64,000 nucleotides of DNA from Candidatus Heimdallarchaeota archaeon (GTDB lineage Archaea > Asgardarchaeota > Heimdallarchaeia > Heimdallarchaeales > Heimdallarchaeaceae): the NCBI GenBank assembly GCA_018238545.1, contig JABCTC010000002.1, positions 78,423 through 142,422 of the forward strand, read 5' to 3'. Under the pieces are notes generated by a model that did not search any database, was not told the DNA's origin, and saw only the letters and a program-made list of their open reading frames with translations. Each line of letters begins with the position of its first letter. The stretch's first letter is position 1. Made by a program: the position numbers and the translations under genes. Below are positions 38,155-48,313 of the stretch, one piece after another.

Positions 38155-39048
38155 ATGAAGATACTACTAGGTCCAAATTCTGATTCATTAGGTGAAAATA
38201 TATCCAAACAACTAGATTTACCGATTGTAAATTTTAATTTCAAACAATTTTATGATGGAGAAACATATTTTCAGATAGACGACCAAGTTGAAAACGAGGA
38301 TATATTAATTATACAATCAACTTATCCAAATCAGGAAAAAAGTTTATTGGAAGTAATGCTAATAGCTTCAACTTTGAAAGAATTAGGTGCAGATAGAGTC
38401 ATAGCTGTTATTCCATATCTTTGTTATACTAGAGCAGATAAAAGGAAATTAAAAGGAGAAGCTCTTTCTCATCATCTTACGCTCTCCTATCTTCAGACCT
38501 CAGGTGTTGATAGCATTTTAACAGTAAATGTTCATAATAAGGAACAATATCTTGTTCAAGATTCTGGGCTTGATAAACAAAATTTGAACGTCTTACCATT
38601 CATGGTTGGAGAGTTTCTCAAAGAAAAGAAAAGGAGTAATTGGATAATTGTTGGTCCAGACAAAGGAAGTGAAGAAGACATCACACAAATTGCAAATGAG
38701 TTCTCTGTTTCATATTATATAATGGAAAAGAGCAGAGATCCAGTTACAAACAGAATCCAAACTAAGAAACCTAATTTTGATTTTGATGACAAAAATGTGT
38801 TAATCATTGATGATATAGTGAGTTCAGGAACAACAGCTAAAGCAGCTTGCTCTCTGATACTCGAAAAAGGTGCTGTATCTGTTGCCATATTATTTGCACA
38901 TGTTTTATCTAAACCTGACGTAATTGCAGACTTGAAGAAGGAAGGGGATTTATTGGTTTATTCCTCTAATACTATTACTAGAGATGATGTCGAGCAAATT
39001 GACATTAGTCCAATTTTAAGCAAATTTATTGAGGACAAGTATCTATGA
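38155..39048 (+). CDS. prs: Ribose-phosphate pyrophosphokinase family
   Basis: FYDGE, VIPYLCYTRADK, GPDKG, IIDDIVSSGTT. Confidence 0.88.
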   Translation: MKILLGPNSDSLGENISKQLDLPIVNFNFKQFYDGETYFQIDDQVENEDILIIQSTYPNQEKSLLEVMLIASTLKELGADRVIAVIPYLCYTRADKRKLKGEALSHHLTLSYLQTSGVDSILTVNVHNKEQYLVQDSGLDKQNLNVLPFMVGEFLKEKKRSNWIIVGPDKGSEEDITQIANEFSVSYYIMEKSRDPVTNRIQTKKPNFDFDDKNVLIIDDIVSSGTTAKAACSLILEKGAVSVAILFAHVLSKPDVIADLKKEGDLLVYSSNTITRDDVEQIDISPILSKFIEDKYL

Positions 39049-40073
39049 AAAAATATTTAGCTCATATCCGAGGTCATTATCAAGAGCTTGGGTTTGAGGA
39101 ATTTTTTGCAACTTTGGAAGCTGAGAATATCCAATATTCTATCGAAAAAAAAGACAATCAAATCCTCTTATTCAATACTAAACAAAATCCCGTGAAAGCA
39201 GCAAAAAGGTGTGCATTTCTTCATTCAATCCTAAAAATGATATCAATAGGCAATGTGGAGAAAGATAAATTGGAATTACAACAATTCATCTCTTTGCCTG
39301 AAATTAAGGATGACAAAACCTTTGCTGTAAGAATCAAGAAAATTGGCAAAAAAGTTATTGAGCAAGATCTCCCAGATTTGGAAAGAGAAATTGGAGGTTT
39401 TGTATATAACAATTATAGAACACAAAATCTAAAAGTTAATCTCAAAAACCCAGACTATTTATTTTTTGGAATATTGATTGGCAGAAGATTGTATTTTGGT
39501 TTAGAGGTTTGGGTTTTGAATCACTCTGAATATGAAAGTAGGGAACCGAGAAATAGACCGTTTTTCAGACCAGGATCAATGAAAACAGAATTTGCTCGTG
39601 CAATTGTTAATCTTTCAAGAATAAAACAAAATGAAATGTTCTATGATCCATTCTGCGGGGGCGGAGGATTTTTGATTGAAGCAGCCACATTAGGCGCAAA
39701 TGTTCTAGGATCTGAACTTGACAAATTCGCTGTATATGGCTGTAATCAAAACATGAAATTTTACAAAAATACTTACTGTTCGATAATTCGTTCAGATTCA
39801 AGGCACCTACCTATTAAAGAAGCAGATGCAATAGCAACAGACCCACCTTATGCAATTCAATCTTCTACACATGGAGAAAATGTGAATAGCCTAATTTATG
39901 ACTTCTTAATTGAATCTCGAACAATTCTAAAGAAAGACTGTTATTTAGTGTTTAGTAGCCCTGCAAAACATGAATCTGAATTATTGGCTGAAAAAGCTGG
40001 GTATTCTATTCAGAAAATTTTAGATACTCGATTGCATAAGTCGTTAACTAGAAGAATTATAGTTCTGAAGTGA
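39045..40073 (+). CDS. THUMP-domain tRNA m2G10 methyltransferase (Trm11-like)
   Basis: TFAVRIK..VNLKNPD, RPFFRPGSM, DPFCGGGGF, TDPPY, HKSLTR. Confidence 0.9.
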   Translation: MKKYLAHIRGHYQELGFEEFFATLEAENIQYSIEKKDNQILLFNTKQNPVKAAKRCAFLHSILKMISIGNVEKDKLELQQFISLPEIKDDKTFAVRIKKIGKKVIEQDLPDLEREIGGFVYNNYRTQNLKVNLKNPDYLFFGILIGRRLYFGLEVWVLNHSEYESREPRNRPFFRPGSMKTEFARAIVNLSRIKQNEMFYDPFCGGGGFLIEAATLGANVLGSELDKFAVYGCNQNMKFYKNTYCSIIRSDSRHLPIKEADAIATDPPYAIQSSTHGENVNSLIYDFLIESRTILKKDCYLVFSSPAKHESELLAEKAGYSIQKILDTRLHKSLTRRIIVLK

Positions 40074-40078
40074 ATTTC

Positions 40079-40987
40079 ATGAGCAATAAGTTTACTGTAA
40101 CTTTTCTAGGAACATCATCTGCGCCTCCACAAGTAGAAAGACGGCAAAGTTCAGTAGCTATACAGTATCGGAATCATACTTTGCTAGTCGATGCTGGAGA
40201 AGCTACACAAGTTCAGTTGCTTAAGTACAAGATAAGCTTTTCAAACTTAACTATCTTATTAACTCATTTGCACTCTGATCATACTCTTGGTTTGATAGGT
40301 CTTCTAACAACTAGAAGTTTATACAACATCTCCAAATCAATAACTATAATAGGTCCTCCATGGACCTCCTCATTTATCTTCCTTCAATTATTGGCTTATA
40401 GATTATATCCAGAATATGATATTAAGGTCATAGAAACTGGTGGGGGAGTGGTTATGTCAAATTCTGATTTTTATATTGAATCATTTCCAGTTTCTCATGG
40501 AGATAATTGTTTAGGGTACAAAATTATCACACATAAATCTTTAGGGGTTTTCAATGTTGATCGAGCCTTGGAGAAAAACATTCCAAAAGGAAAGAAATGG
40601 AAAAAACTTCAAGAGGGATATCCAATAGAAGTCGAAAATAAGAAAATATTTCCATCAGAAATATTGGATAGGTCAACCAAAAATCAAACAAAGATAGTCA
40701 TAACAGGTGATACTTCATTAGACGACAATGTTATTAATAATTCAGCTATGGCTGATTTACTTATTCATGATTCAACTTATCCAATGATTGAAGCTGAAAG
40801 AGCTAAGAAGCACAAACATTCTACATGTACAGATGCTGCTTTTGTCGCCAAAAGAGCAAATGTAAAGAAATTGATATTAACACATTTTTCAGAATTGCAT
40901 AAGAATCTAGCTGAATCTCTGCGTGATGCAAAAGAAATTTTCCCTAACAGTATTGTTGCTTATGATGGTTTAGAAATTGAAGTTTGA
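40079..40987 (+). CDS. rnz: Ribonuclease Z
   Basis: FLGTSS, DAGE, THLHSDH, flexible-arm insert, TGDT, HDST, HST, LTHFS. Confidence 0.93.
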   Translation: MSNKFTVTFLGTSSAPPQVERRQSSVAIQYRNHTLLVDAGEATQVQLLKYKISFSNLTILLTHLHSDHTLGLIGLLTTRSLYNISKSITIIGPPWTSSFIFLQLLAYRLYPEYDIKVIETGGGVVMSNSDFYIESFPVSHGDNCLGYKIITHKSLGVFNVDRALEKNIPKGKKWKKLQEGYPIEVENKKIFPSEILDRSTKNQTKIVITGDTSLDDNVINNSAMADLLIHDSTYPMIEAERAKKHKHSTCTDAAFVAKRANVKKLILTHFSELHKNLAESLRDAKEIFPNSIVAYDGLEIEV

Positions 40988-41439
40988 TCTTCTTTCTTGA
41001 AGATTTCACCGAAATAGGTTTTCTTTAGCTCGAATCCTTTCTCAGTTCTAGGAGCTAACCAATCTAAAATTCTTCCAGGATTATTGGACTTGATTATGAT
41101 TTGAAGATTGCCTAAATGAGAGGAAGTATCAGAAGTTATTACTGAAATTCTATTAACATAAAGTGCTTGTTTGTGTAAATTAAAAATTAATTCATTATTT
41201 TCGTTATCTATTAATGCACATTTTCTTACAGCATCTAGAACCTTCACATGACGTATGTGATTATAGAATCTCAGCAATGAATCAATCTTAGTATCTTTGC
41301 TTTTCAACATTGTATACTCTTTGGTTTCCATTTCTTCGATTTCAGGGAGATATCCTAAAAGATTGGTTATGCATTTCTCTACCTTATTTCTACTTTCAGT
41401 AGCATAAACAGGAATTTTAATTGTAAGAATAGGATTCAT
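40960..41439 (-). CDS. DUF54/UPF0201-like putative RNA-binding protein
   Basis: VYATES..KV, LDAVR, LHKQA, LG.L, DWLAPRT..G. Confidence 0.8.
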   Translation of the reverse strand: MNPILTIKIPVYATESRNKVEKCITNLLGYLPEIEEMETKEYTMLKSKDTKIDSLLRFYNHIRHVKVLDAVRKCALIDNENNELIFNLHKQALYVNRISVITSDTSSHLGNLQIIIKSNNPGRILDWLAPRTEKGFELKKTYFGEIFKKEDQTSISKPS

Positions 41440-42017
41440 GTTTTTTTACCTATCTTCAGGTCATTTAAGAGTGAGATGGAAGATTCCTTAAACGATTCTA
41501 GTGTTCTATTGTTTGATAAAATATAATTTGAGAAAACAATAGTTTCTCCTAAACCCAAATTCAATTCAGCTTCATCCCTTTTTGCAAAATCCTCCTCTGT
41601 TTTAGGAGCATCATTTCTCCCCCGTAATTTCAATCTATTGTATCTAATTAGAGGATCAACATGAATAGCTACTATAATAAAATCCTTTCCCAAATGCTCT
41701 CTGAAATGAGTAACTTCTGCTTGGCTTCTGATTCCATCGATGATTATTTCACTTTGACCTTGTTCTATCAGTTCATCTATTGCTAAGCATGTAAGATGGG
41801 CAACCGCTTCTTCCCCATATTTTTCTCTTATCTCCAGCATCACTTTTCTTCCCGATTCTGGAGTTTGTTCATGTCCATACTCAATAACTTTAGCTCTCAC
41901 AACATCACCCATTACGACAGTATTGTAGCCTTCATTATTAGCATGCTCTGCAAAAACACTTTTACCTGAACCAGGCATACCAGTGACTCCAATTATTTTA
42001 ATTTCAGACTCTGTCAT
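41436..42017 (-). CDS. UPF0200 P-loop kinase (dephospho-CoA-kinase-like)
   Basis: GMPGSGKS, MGDVVR, IDGIRS, R.RL..RGR.D, RD..EL..G. Confidence 0.88.
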   Translation of the reverse strand: MTESEIKIIGVTGMPGSGKSVFAEHANNEGYNTVVMGDVVRAKVIEYGHEQTPESGRKVMLEIREKYGEEAVAHLTCLAIDELIEQGQSEIIIDGIRSQAEVTHFREHLGKDFIIVAIHVDPLIRYNRLKLRGRNDAPKTEEDFAKRDEAELNLGLGETIVFSNYILSNNRTLESFKESSISLLNDLKIGKKT

Positions 42018-42125
42018 GAGACCCAAAAAGGAAATATTTGTAGAGATTAAAAGTTTTATCAATTGAAAGAATATTCAAAAAAAGGTGATAAAAGTTTTTA
42101 AAATTATAAAAAAAATTGATTTTAG

Positions 42126-42686
42126 ATGGTAAGAGCATTTATATCAATAGATTTTACTGATACAAATATTATTGAAGCAATCTCTGAAATACAAGAATCA
42201 ATACAAAGTAGCAAGGCAAGACTAAGGAATGTTAATCCTAAACTACTTCACATGACATTGGAATTTCTGGGTGAAATATCTGCAATTGAAATACAAAAAG
42301 TAAAAGAAATACTTGATTCAATAAGTTTCAAAAGTTTTTTTCTAAATGTAAATGCAGTTGATGTTTTACCAAATGAAAAATACATAAGAGTCGTTTACTG
42401 CAAAATCAATGGAGATGTTGATATTTTAAAAACGATACAGCGACAACTTCGGATAAAATTGATTGAATGCGGTTTTAAAACTGATAATAGATCTTTTAAA
42501 CCACATCTAACAATTGCAAGAGTAAAATCTTCACAGAATAGAAAAGAATTAATGTTAGCTATTAATAATTTCTCTAACATCAAATGTGGAAGACAAGAGA
42601 TTGTTTCAATTAAATTGAAGCAATCAATCTTAAAATCTGAAGGTCCGGAGTACTCAATTCTGCACGAAATAAGTGCCAAGACTTGA
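42126..42686 (+). CDS. thpR: RNA 2',3'-cyclic phosphodiesterase (2H family)
   Basis: MVRAFI, LHMTL, PHLTIARVK, S.L...GPEY. Confidence 0.93.
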   Translation: MVRAFISIDFTDTNIIEAISEIQESIQSSKARLRNVNPKLLHMTLEFLGEISAIEIQKVKEILDSISFKSFFLNVNAVDVLPNEKYIRVVYCKINGDVDILKTIQRQLRIKLIECGFKTDNRSFKPHLTIARVKSSQNRKELMLAINNFSNIKCGRQEIVSIKLKQSILKSEGPEYSILHEISAKT

Positions 42687-42715
42687 GAAGGATGCAAAAT
42701 ACTAAAGGTGTTATA

Positions 42716-44221
42716 ATGAGCAAAAAACCATCTGTTCGAGAGCCTAATAACAACGAAAAAAACAAGAAAATCGAGCAACAAGTTATTGAAGTTATCCAAG
42801 TTCAATGGGAGAGACATGAGGAAATTAGAGAGGTTCTAGCTATACTAAGAGAAAAAATTCTGTTAGATATTAACTCTCTAGGCTTCAAAGGGAGGGTTGA
42901 AGTTCAAGGTTCTTTTGTTAGAAAAACTTACCTTGGAGAAGACGAAGTATATGATCTCTTGTTGATACTACCACAGTCTGAGAAGACAAAAGTTCACCAA
43001 ATACTCGATTCACTTGTAAAACGCTTGAAAAAGGACCGGATCAGAAATTCTCCATTAGATGTAAATAAACGGACAGGAAAAATACCTCATTTGCGAATTA
43101 TTGCAGCGGACGAGTACGTAAACCTATTTGTAGGTTTTGAAGTAACTCCTGGTGAGAAACAGATTTCTATTTTCGATTCGATTCCAATGCATACACAGTA
43201 TCTTCTAACACATATGCAAGAAAAAGATAGAAATGAGGTTTTATTACTTAAGAAGTTCATGAAAACTGTGGGCGTGTATAGGAGTGAAATAGGCGCTGTA
43301 GGTTTTAACGGGTATCTATGTGAACTTCTTATAGTGTTCTATGGTTCCTTTTGGGATACAATTAAAGGAATCAGTGGTTGGAAAGCTCGAACTATTATAG
43401 ATATCAAGAGGAAAAAAGTGCAAATGGAGGATGTTGATTCTTTAACAAGTGAAATGCTTAATCGTTACTACCCTCTATATGTGCAAGATCCTCTAAACCC
43501 TAAAGATAATGTAGCTGCAGATGTTTCTTTGTTACAATTTATGTCACTTATCGCAGCAGCAAATGTTTACATGTTTGATCCTACTATACATTTCTTTGAA
43601 GACCTTCCATGCGAAATACCTCCATTTGATGATCTAGTAAAAAACATTATATCAACAGGAAGGGAAATACTAGTATTAGTTCTCAAGCGCAATTTTCAAG
43701 AATCTGAAATTTGTTGGCAAAAAGCACTATCTGCTAAATCTGCATTTGCTTCTGAAATTTTCGCAAATAACTATATCTTAGAAAGATCTTATGCATTTGT
43801 TTCTGATGATCATTATGGGTTAATGATTTCTCTGATGAACGCAGATCCTCAATTATTACTCCGAAAAGATGGTCCTGATATTACCTCAAAAGATTCTCTG
43901 GAGTTCTTGAGGCGCTATTCGAAGCATATTGATGTTGTAGCTGGACCATTTATTGATAATGATAGATGGGCTGTTTATCTTACTAAGAAAGGTCAAAATA
44001 TACATGATTTTCTAGAAAACCTAGTAAAGAAAAACACCTTTGTTCTCAATGTTGATTCTTTTCTAAAAGTGGAAATCAAAGAGAAAATGAATGTGCTTGG
44101 AATAGATGAAAAACTCAGAGAAATATATGAGTTTGATTCTACATTTGCTGAGAACTTGTACACTTTTATTGAAAGAAAACCTCTTTGGATTTGCAGTATT
44201 AGCGATAATAACAATGAGTAA
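42716..44221 (+). CDS. Class I (archaeal) CCA-adding enzyme homologue with degenerate active site
   Basis: GSFVRKTYL, EVLLLKKFMK..GVY.SE, GFNGYLCELL..FYGSF, DPLNPKDNVAA; next to thpR; likely start ATG 42716 after AAGGTG. Confidence 0.88.
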   Translation: MSKKPSVREPNNNEKNKKIEQQVIEVIQVQWERHEEIREVLAILREKILLDINSLGFKGRVEVQGSFVRKTYLGEDEVYDLLLILPQSEKTKVHQILDSLVKRLKKDRIRNSPLDVNKRTGKIPHLRIIAADEYVNLFVGFEVTPGEKQISIFDSIPMHTQYLLTHMQEKDRNEVLLLKKFMKTVGVYRSEIGAVGFNGYLCELLIVFYGSFWDTIKGISGWKARTIIDIKRKKVQMEDVDSLTSEMLNRYYPLYVQDPLNPKDNVAADVSLLQFMSLIAAANVYMFDPTIHFFEDLPCEIPPFDDLVKNIISTGREILVLVLKRNFQESEICWQKALSAKSAFASEIFANNYILERSYAFVSDDHYGLMISLMNADPQLLLRKDGPDITSKDSLEFLRRYSKHIDVVAGPFIDNDRWAVYLTKKGQNIHDFLENLVKKNTFVLNVDSFLKVEIKEKMNVLGIDEKLREIYEFDSTFAENLYTFIERKPLWICSISDNNNE

Positions 44222-44240
44222 AAATAAAAAGAGAAGAATT

Positions 44241-45743
44241 TTACTTCTTCTTTCTTCTGTAAATTAATAGAGCTACTGGTGATAATGCAGCTAAAATTAT
44301 GAAAAGATCTGTAATGCTAAATCCTATAGCAAAAGTGTTTTCGCTATTTCCTGTTGGTTCTTCACCTTCAGCAAGAAACTTAACTGGATTTACAATGAAA
44401 GCTACTGTGCCATTATCATCTTTCATATGGAAGTAGTTAGGTCCATGTTCGCCATCTTGAGAAATAAGATATGTTATGTACATTTTGTCTCCTGTTGCGA
44501 AGTCAGGATCTCTACCATCAAGATCGCCTGAAGCCATCGGTTTAGAAAATTCAGTATATCTATAGTCTCCTTGGTAAGTCATGTTTCCTTCGCCATCATT
44601 GAAACCTCCAACATCAAGGTCATTTTTGGGTCCAGAACCATCTGCAAGATAAATCATCTGATCATAATAACCATATGTGCCAACAGAAACGAAATCTGTT
44701 CCATCTGTGGTGTTTAACATATCTTCAGTTTTTCCAATAATGAACATTGTACTATCTTGTTCATCTATAGTAACATCGAAAATTTTGACGAACATATAGT
44801 AATTTATTCCATCGTGGAACACTTTGAGTGATCCTTCCAAGCTATCTCCAGGAAACCATTCCCCAGTTTCAAAATTATACCCAGTTATAGAGAAATTATA
44901 TTCGATGACATCTGCCCAAACTGAATCCGTATCTTCTCCATCAATTATTATGGAAGTTGAAATATACTCAGCTTCATATTGTTCACCAACTACATAATGC
45001 ATTTCTATAGGTTCCGGAACATAAATGTCCAGAACATCTCCTTGGTTAGCACCTATGTCCAATCTGATATATCGGAAACCATCTTGATTAATTGATCCCC
45101 AGTTTGGTCCATCTGTATCTGGTTGGGTTCCAACCCAAGCTAAAACTTCAACAGCTATTGCTTGCCCCCATCCTAAAGCAATATCTTTACCTAAAGTATC
45201 TCCCGAGTTGATTAACTTTGTTCCTTCAAAGTATGTACCAACTCCTATGTGTTTGAAGGTTTTTGCTTCAGCATCCTGTGTTCCACCTAAGAAATCATCA
45301 GGTTGGGGTGGGTCATATATACCTTCGTCTGGCCATGCTATATCTAATACTGTGTCGTAGATAGCGTCCATCTGTATACCATCTTCCATTCCTGGTTTTC
45401 CAAAGAAATGTAAGAGGAGTCCATTCACAACTCCATAGACTTCAGGAACAAAAGCATACATGTGAAGGTGGGTTGAGTTATGAGCAAAATTAATAGTTAT
45501 AGTTATGATGTCAACACTTTCTGTCGAAGAAGCATCATCCCCAAATTCTGTTATATCAATATAGCCTTGATAATAATCATCCCATTCGCTATTTGAAGCA
45601 TCAAGAAAGATGCTGGCTTCGTAAGGAGCTATAAGTGATAAAGCAGGGGGTAACTCTTCTGCAGTTACTTGTTGTAATGCTACACCGATTATACTATAAC
45701 TTAACAAAATAAAAAGTCCTATTGTTATAATCTTTTTTTTCAT
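44241..45743 (-). CDS. Secreted acidic surface protein, two DOMON/CBM9-like repeats and a C-terminal TM anchor
   Basis: Signal peptide; repeated GG..D..(Y/T)E..K...SGD..G.D; IIIDGED..W; C-terminal IGF-TM-RRKKK. Confidence 0.75.
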   Translation of the reverse strand: MKKKIITIGLFILLSYSIIGVALQQVTAEELPPALSLIAPYEASIFLDASNSEWDDYYQGYIDITEFGDDASSTESVDIITITINFAHNSTHLHMYAFVPEVYGVVNGLLLHFFGKPGMEDGIQMDAIYDTVLDIAWPDEGIYDPPQPDDFLGGTQDAEAKTFKHIGVGTYFEGTKLINSGDTLGKDIALGWGQAIAVEVLAWVGTQPDTDGPNWGSINQDGFRYIRLDIGANQGDVLDIYVPEPIEMHYVVGEQYEAEYISTSIIIDGEDTDSVWADVIEYNFSITGYNFETGEWFPGDSLEGSLKVFHDGINYYMFVKIFDVTIDEQDSTMFIIGKTEDMLNTTDGTDFVSVGTYGYYDQMIYLADGSGPKNDLDVGGFNDGEGNMTYQGDYRYTEFSKPMASGDLDGRDPDFATGDKMYITYLISQDGEHGPNYFHMKDDNGTVAFIVNPVKFLAEGEEPTGNSENTFAIGFSITDLFIILAALSPVALLIYRRKKK

Positions 45744-45934
45744 GTTTAAACCCCCGTTTAAGGTTATATGTCAATGGCTTTTTTATTATATATAATATCT
45801 GTTTTAGGAAACTAGAATAATACAATTTTGAGAAAATTCGAATACTCTGTTCAAGATTTGACATAAGATGATATTTGCTTTTTAGTTTAAATAGTGAAAA
45901 ATTGGAAAGAATTATTGATAACAGAGATGCTATT

Positions 45935-46909
45935 ATGCGAGTTCTAGCCTTGTCTGATACACATTTTGGATATATGTATGGGAATACAGCTAGAACTAGA
46001 AGGCAGTCAATAGAAAACATGCTAACAGCTTTCGAAAGAACATTAGAGATTGCTCAAAACAAAGACGTAGACTTAGTTCTTCATGGAGGTGACATGTTTA
46101 ATAGATCAAGACCTCCCAAGGAAGTTATTTCAAAGGCTTACAAAATTATTGAGAAGTTCACTGAAACTGGCATAAAATTTGTAGTTATCCCAGGAAACCA
46201 TGATAAATCTAACTTACCTGAAACTCTACTGAGTCACTTCAATAAGGATTTATTTCTAGTGAACAGATTAACGAGATTGGACTTTGATGAGATATCAATT
46301 TTGGCATTTCCCTTTGAGCTCAAAGACCCAAAAAGAACATTAAAGAAAATTCGAGAAGAAATTGGGAAACATCCACAGAAATCATTTATTGTTCTATGTC
46401 ATCAGTTGTTTGACGGAGCGAAATTTGGTCCTCACCAATATATTTTCAGAAATCGTAAGGATACTTTACTCACACAGATGTTTCCAAATAATGCTAGATT
46501 GTTTATTTCAGGACACATTCATAGATCACAAAAATTGCAGAATGATAGAGTTTGGTATACTGGTTCAACTGAAAGAACAAGTTTTGCGGAAGCAATCGAA
46601 CCCAAAGGATGTTTGTTTATAGAAATTGAGAAAAACTTTGAGAATGTTGAATTTGTAGAGTTACCAAGTGAAAATATGGTGGTTAAAGAGGTGGACATTG
46701 AAGGTACAAAAACAATTTCTTCAAATCTTGATTCAATGGAAATTGAAAGTGATGTTAGAACTCTTATTAGATTAACTGGTAGGGAATTGAGTCAAGAAGA
46801 AATACATTTTCTATGGTCCTATTTCCCTGCAAGAGAATTTCCTTTGCTAACTTTTACACCAAGAAAGCCAATGATTAAATTGAAACCTCTTTATTCAAAG
46901 AGAAAATAA
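45935..46909 (+). CDS. Mre11/SbcD-like metallophosphoesterase
   Basis: SDTHFG, GGDMF, PGNHD, CHQ, SGHIH, YTGS.ER.SF.E. Confidence 0.9.
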   Translation: MRVLALSDTHFGYMYGNTARTRRQSIENMLTAFERTLEIAQNKDVDLVLHGGDMFNRSRPPKEVISKAYKIIEKFTETGIKFVVIPGNHDKSNLPETLLSHFNKDLFLVNRLTRLDFDEISILAFPFELKDPKRTLKKIREEIGKHPQKSFIVLCHQLFDGAKFGPHQYIFRNRKDTLLTQMFPNNARLFISGHIHRSQKLQNDRVWYTGSTERTSFAEAIEPKGCLFIEIEKNFENVEFVELPSENMVVKEVDIEGTKTISSNLDSMEIESDVRTLIRLTGRELSQEEIHFLWSYFPAREFPLLTFTPRKPMIKLKPLYSKRK

Positions 46910-46924
46910 ATAAAAAAGGGAAGC

Positions 46925-48160
46925 TTAGAAGATTTTTAACTTTCTTCCAAGATCTTCGAATTTCATTAAAGCAAAATCTAAGTTTTCTTGTGTAAGACCA
47001 GCATTCATCATGACTCTGATTCTCGCTGTGCCTTTTGGCACCATCGGAAAAACTATTGGTAAAGCGAAGATACCTTCTTCCATCAGTCTATCACTTAGAT
47101 TCTTGGCAACATCATTTTCTCCACAGATAATAGGAACAATAGCTGTTGGACATTTAGCAGATGTTGCGGTTATTTCATGTCCGAAACCAATATCAACGAT
47201 TTTACTCTTGAAATAGTCACAATTATCAAGAAGCTTTTCAACAACAGGTTCAAAATATTGTGATTTAGGATCTAATACTTCTAAAGCACCAATTGCTGCA
47301 CCAGCAGTAGCTGGAGGTGGAGAACCGCTGAGAAGATAAGATCTACCAGTGTTTCGGAGGAAATTGACTAAGTCTTGAGAACCAGTTATTGAACCTCCAA
47401 CTACGCCCATTGCTTTGCTGTAAGTGTTCATCTCGACTTGAACCTTTCCCTGCAAATTAAAGTGATCCACAATACCTTTACCTTTTTTATCTCGTCCTAG
47501 AACACCGTCACCATGAGCATCGTCTATGTATATCATTGCACCAGATTCGTCTGCAAGTTTTTGTATTTCATCTAATGGGGCCATGTCACCGTCCATACTA
47601 AACACGCCGTCACTTAGTAACAGAATTCTCTTCTCACCATTTGGGTCTTCTTTGTTGATGAGTTTTAGCTGTTCCTCTAAACTAGCCATATCACAGTGTT
47701 TGTAAAGTTTTCTCTGTGTTTTTGTTAATCTAACACCATCGATTATTGACCCATGATTGAGCATGTCACTTAGAATGTAATCATCTTTTCTAACCAAAGG
47801 TGGAATTGCACCTTCATTAGCTATGAAACCACTCATCCAAACCATTGCTGCTTCTTGTTCTTTGAAATCAGCATGTTTTCTTTCCCATTCTTCATGTATT
47901 GCCATATTCCCTGCAATTGCACGAACAGATCCAGAACCAGCACCGAGCTTTTCTGCTGCTTCTATTGCCTTCTTCTTCAAGTGAGGGTGGTTACTCAAAT
48001 TCAAGTAGTTGTTAGAACAAAGCATGAGAAGTTTCTGTCCATCAACGATAACTTGCGTTTCAGATGGTGTTTCCAAACTTCTGTGAACCCATTCTCTACC
48101 CTCAGCTTGAATTTTTTGATATTCAGTTTTCAAAAATTGTGTAGGATTTCTTTTTATCAT
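46925..48160 (-). CDS. Glycine C-acetyltransferase/AONS family PLP enzyme (Kbl-like)
   Basis: CSNNYLNL, GAGSGSVR, NHGSIIDG, GVFSMDGD, DDAHG, TYSKAMG, ARIR. Confidence 0.92.
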   Translation of the reverse strand: MIKRNPTQFLKTEYQKIQAEGREWVHRSLETPSETQVIVDGQKLLMLCSNNYLNLSNHPHLKKKAIEAAEKLGAGSGSVRAIAGNMAIHEEWERKHADFKEQEAAMVWMSGFIANEGAIPPLVRKDDYILSDMLNHGSIIDGVRLTKTQRKLYKHCDMASLEEQLKLINKEDPNGEKRILLLSDGVFSMDGDMAPLDEIQKLADESGAMIYIDDAHGDGVLGRDKKGKGIVDHFNLQGKVQVEMNTYSKAMGVVGGSITGSQDLVNFLRNTGRSYLLSGSPPPATAGAAIGALEVLDPKSQYFEPVVEKLLDNCDYFKSKIVDIGFGHEITATSAKCPTAIVPIICGENDVAKNLSDRLMEEGIFALPIVFPMVPKGTARIRVMMNAGLTQENLDFALMKFEDLGRKLKIF

Positions 48161-48313
48161 AATAAAGACACCTTATCTAAACACACAAAAAATCTTAAGC
48201 TTTTTAATTCTTACCCTTCAAAAGATATTATGAAAGATATAAGGTATAGTTTCAGCAAAAACTTTTATATTTGAGTCTATAAACGAGATTCAAGTCTTGA
48301 AGTGTTGAGAAAT

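Noticed and set aside
36054-42686. lonB-prs-trm11-rnz-DUF54-kinase-thpR cluster as a novel system
   Set aside because: Ordinary archaeal housekeeping genes with mostly intact motifs; only the CCA homologue is unusual.
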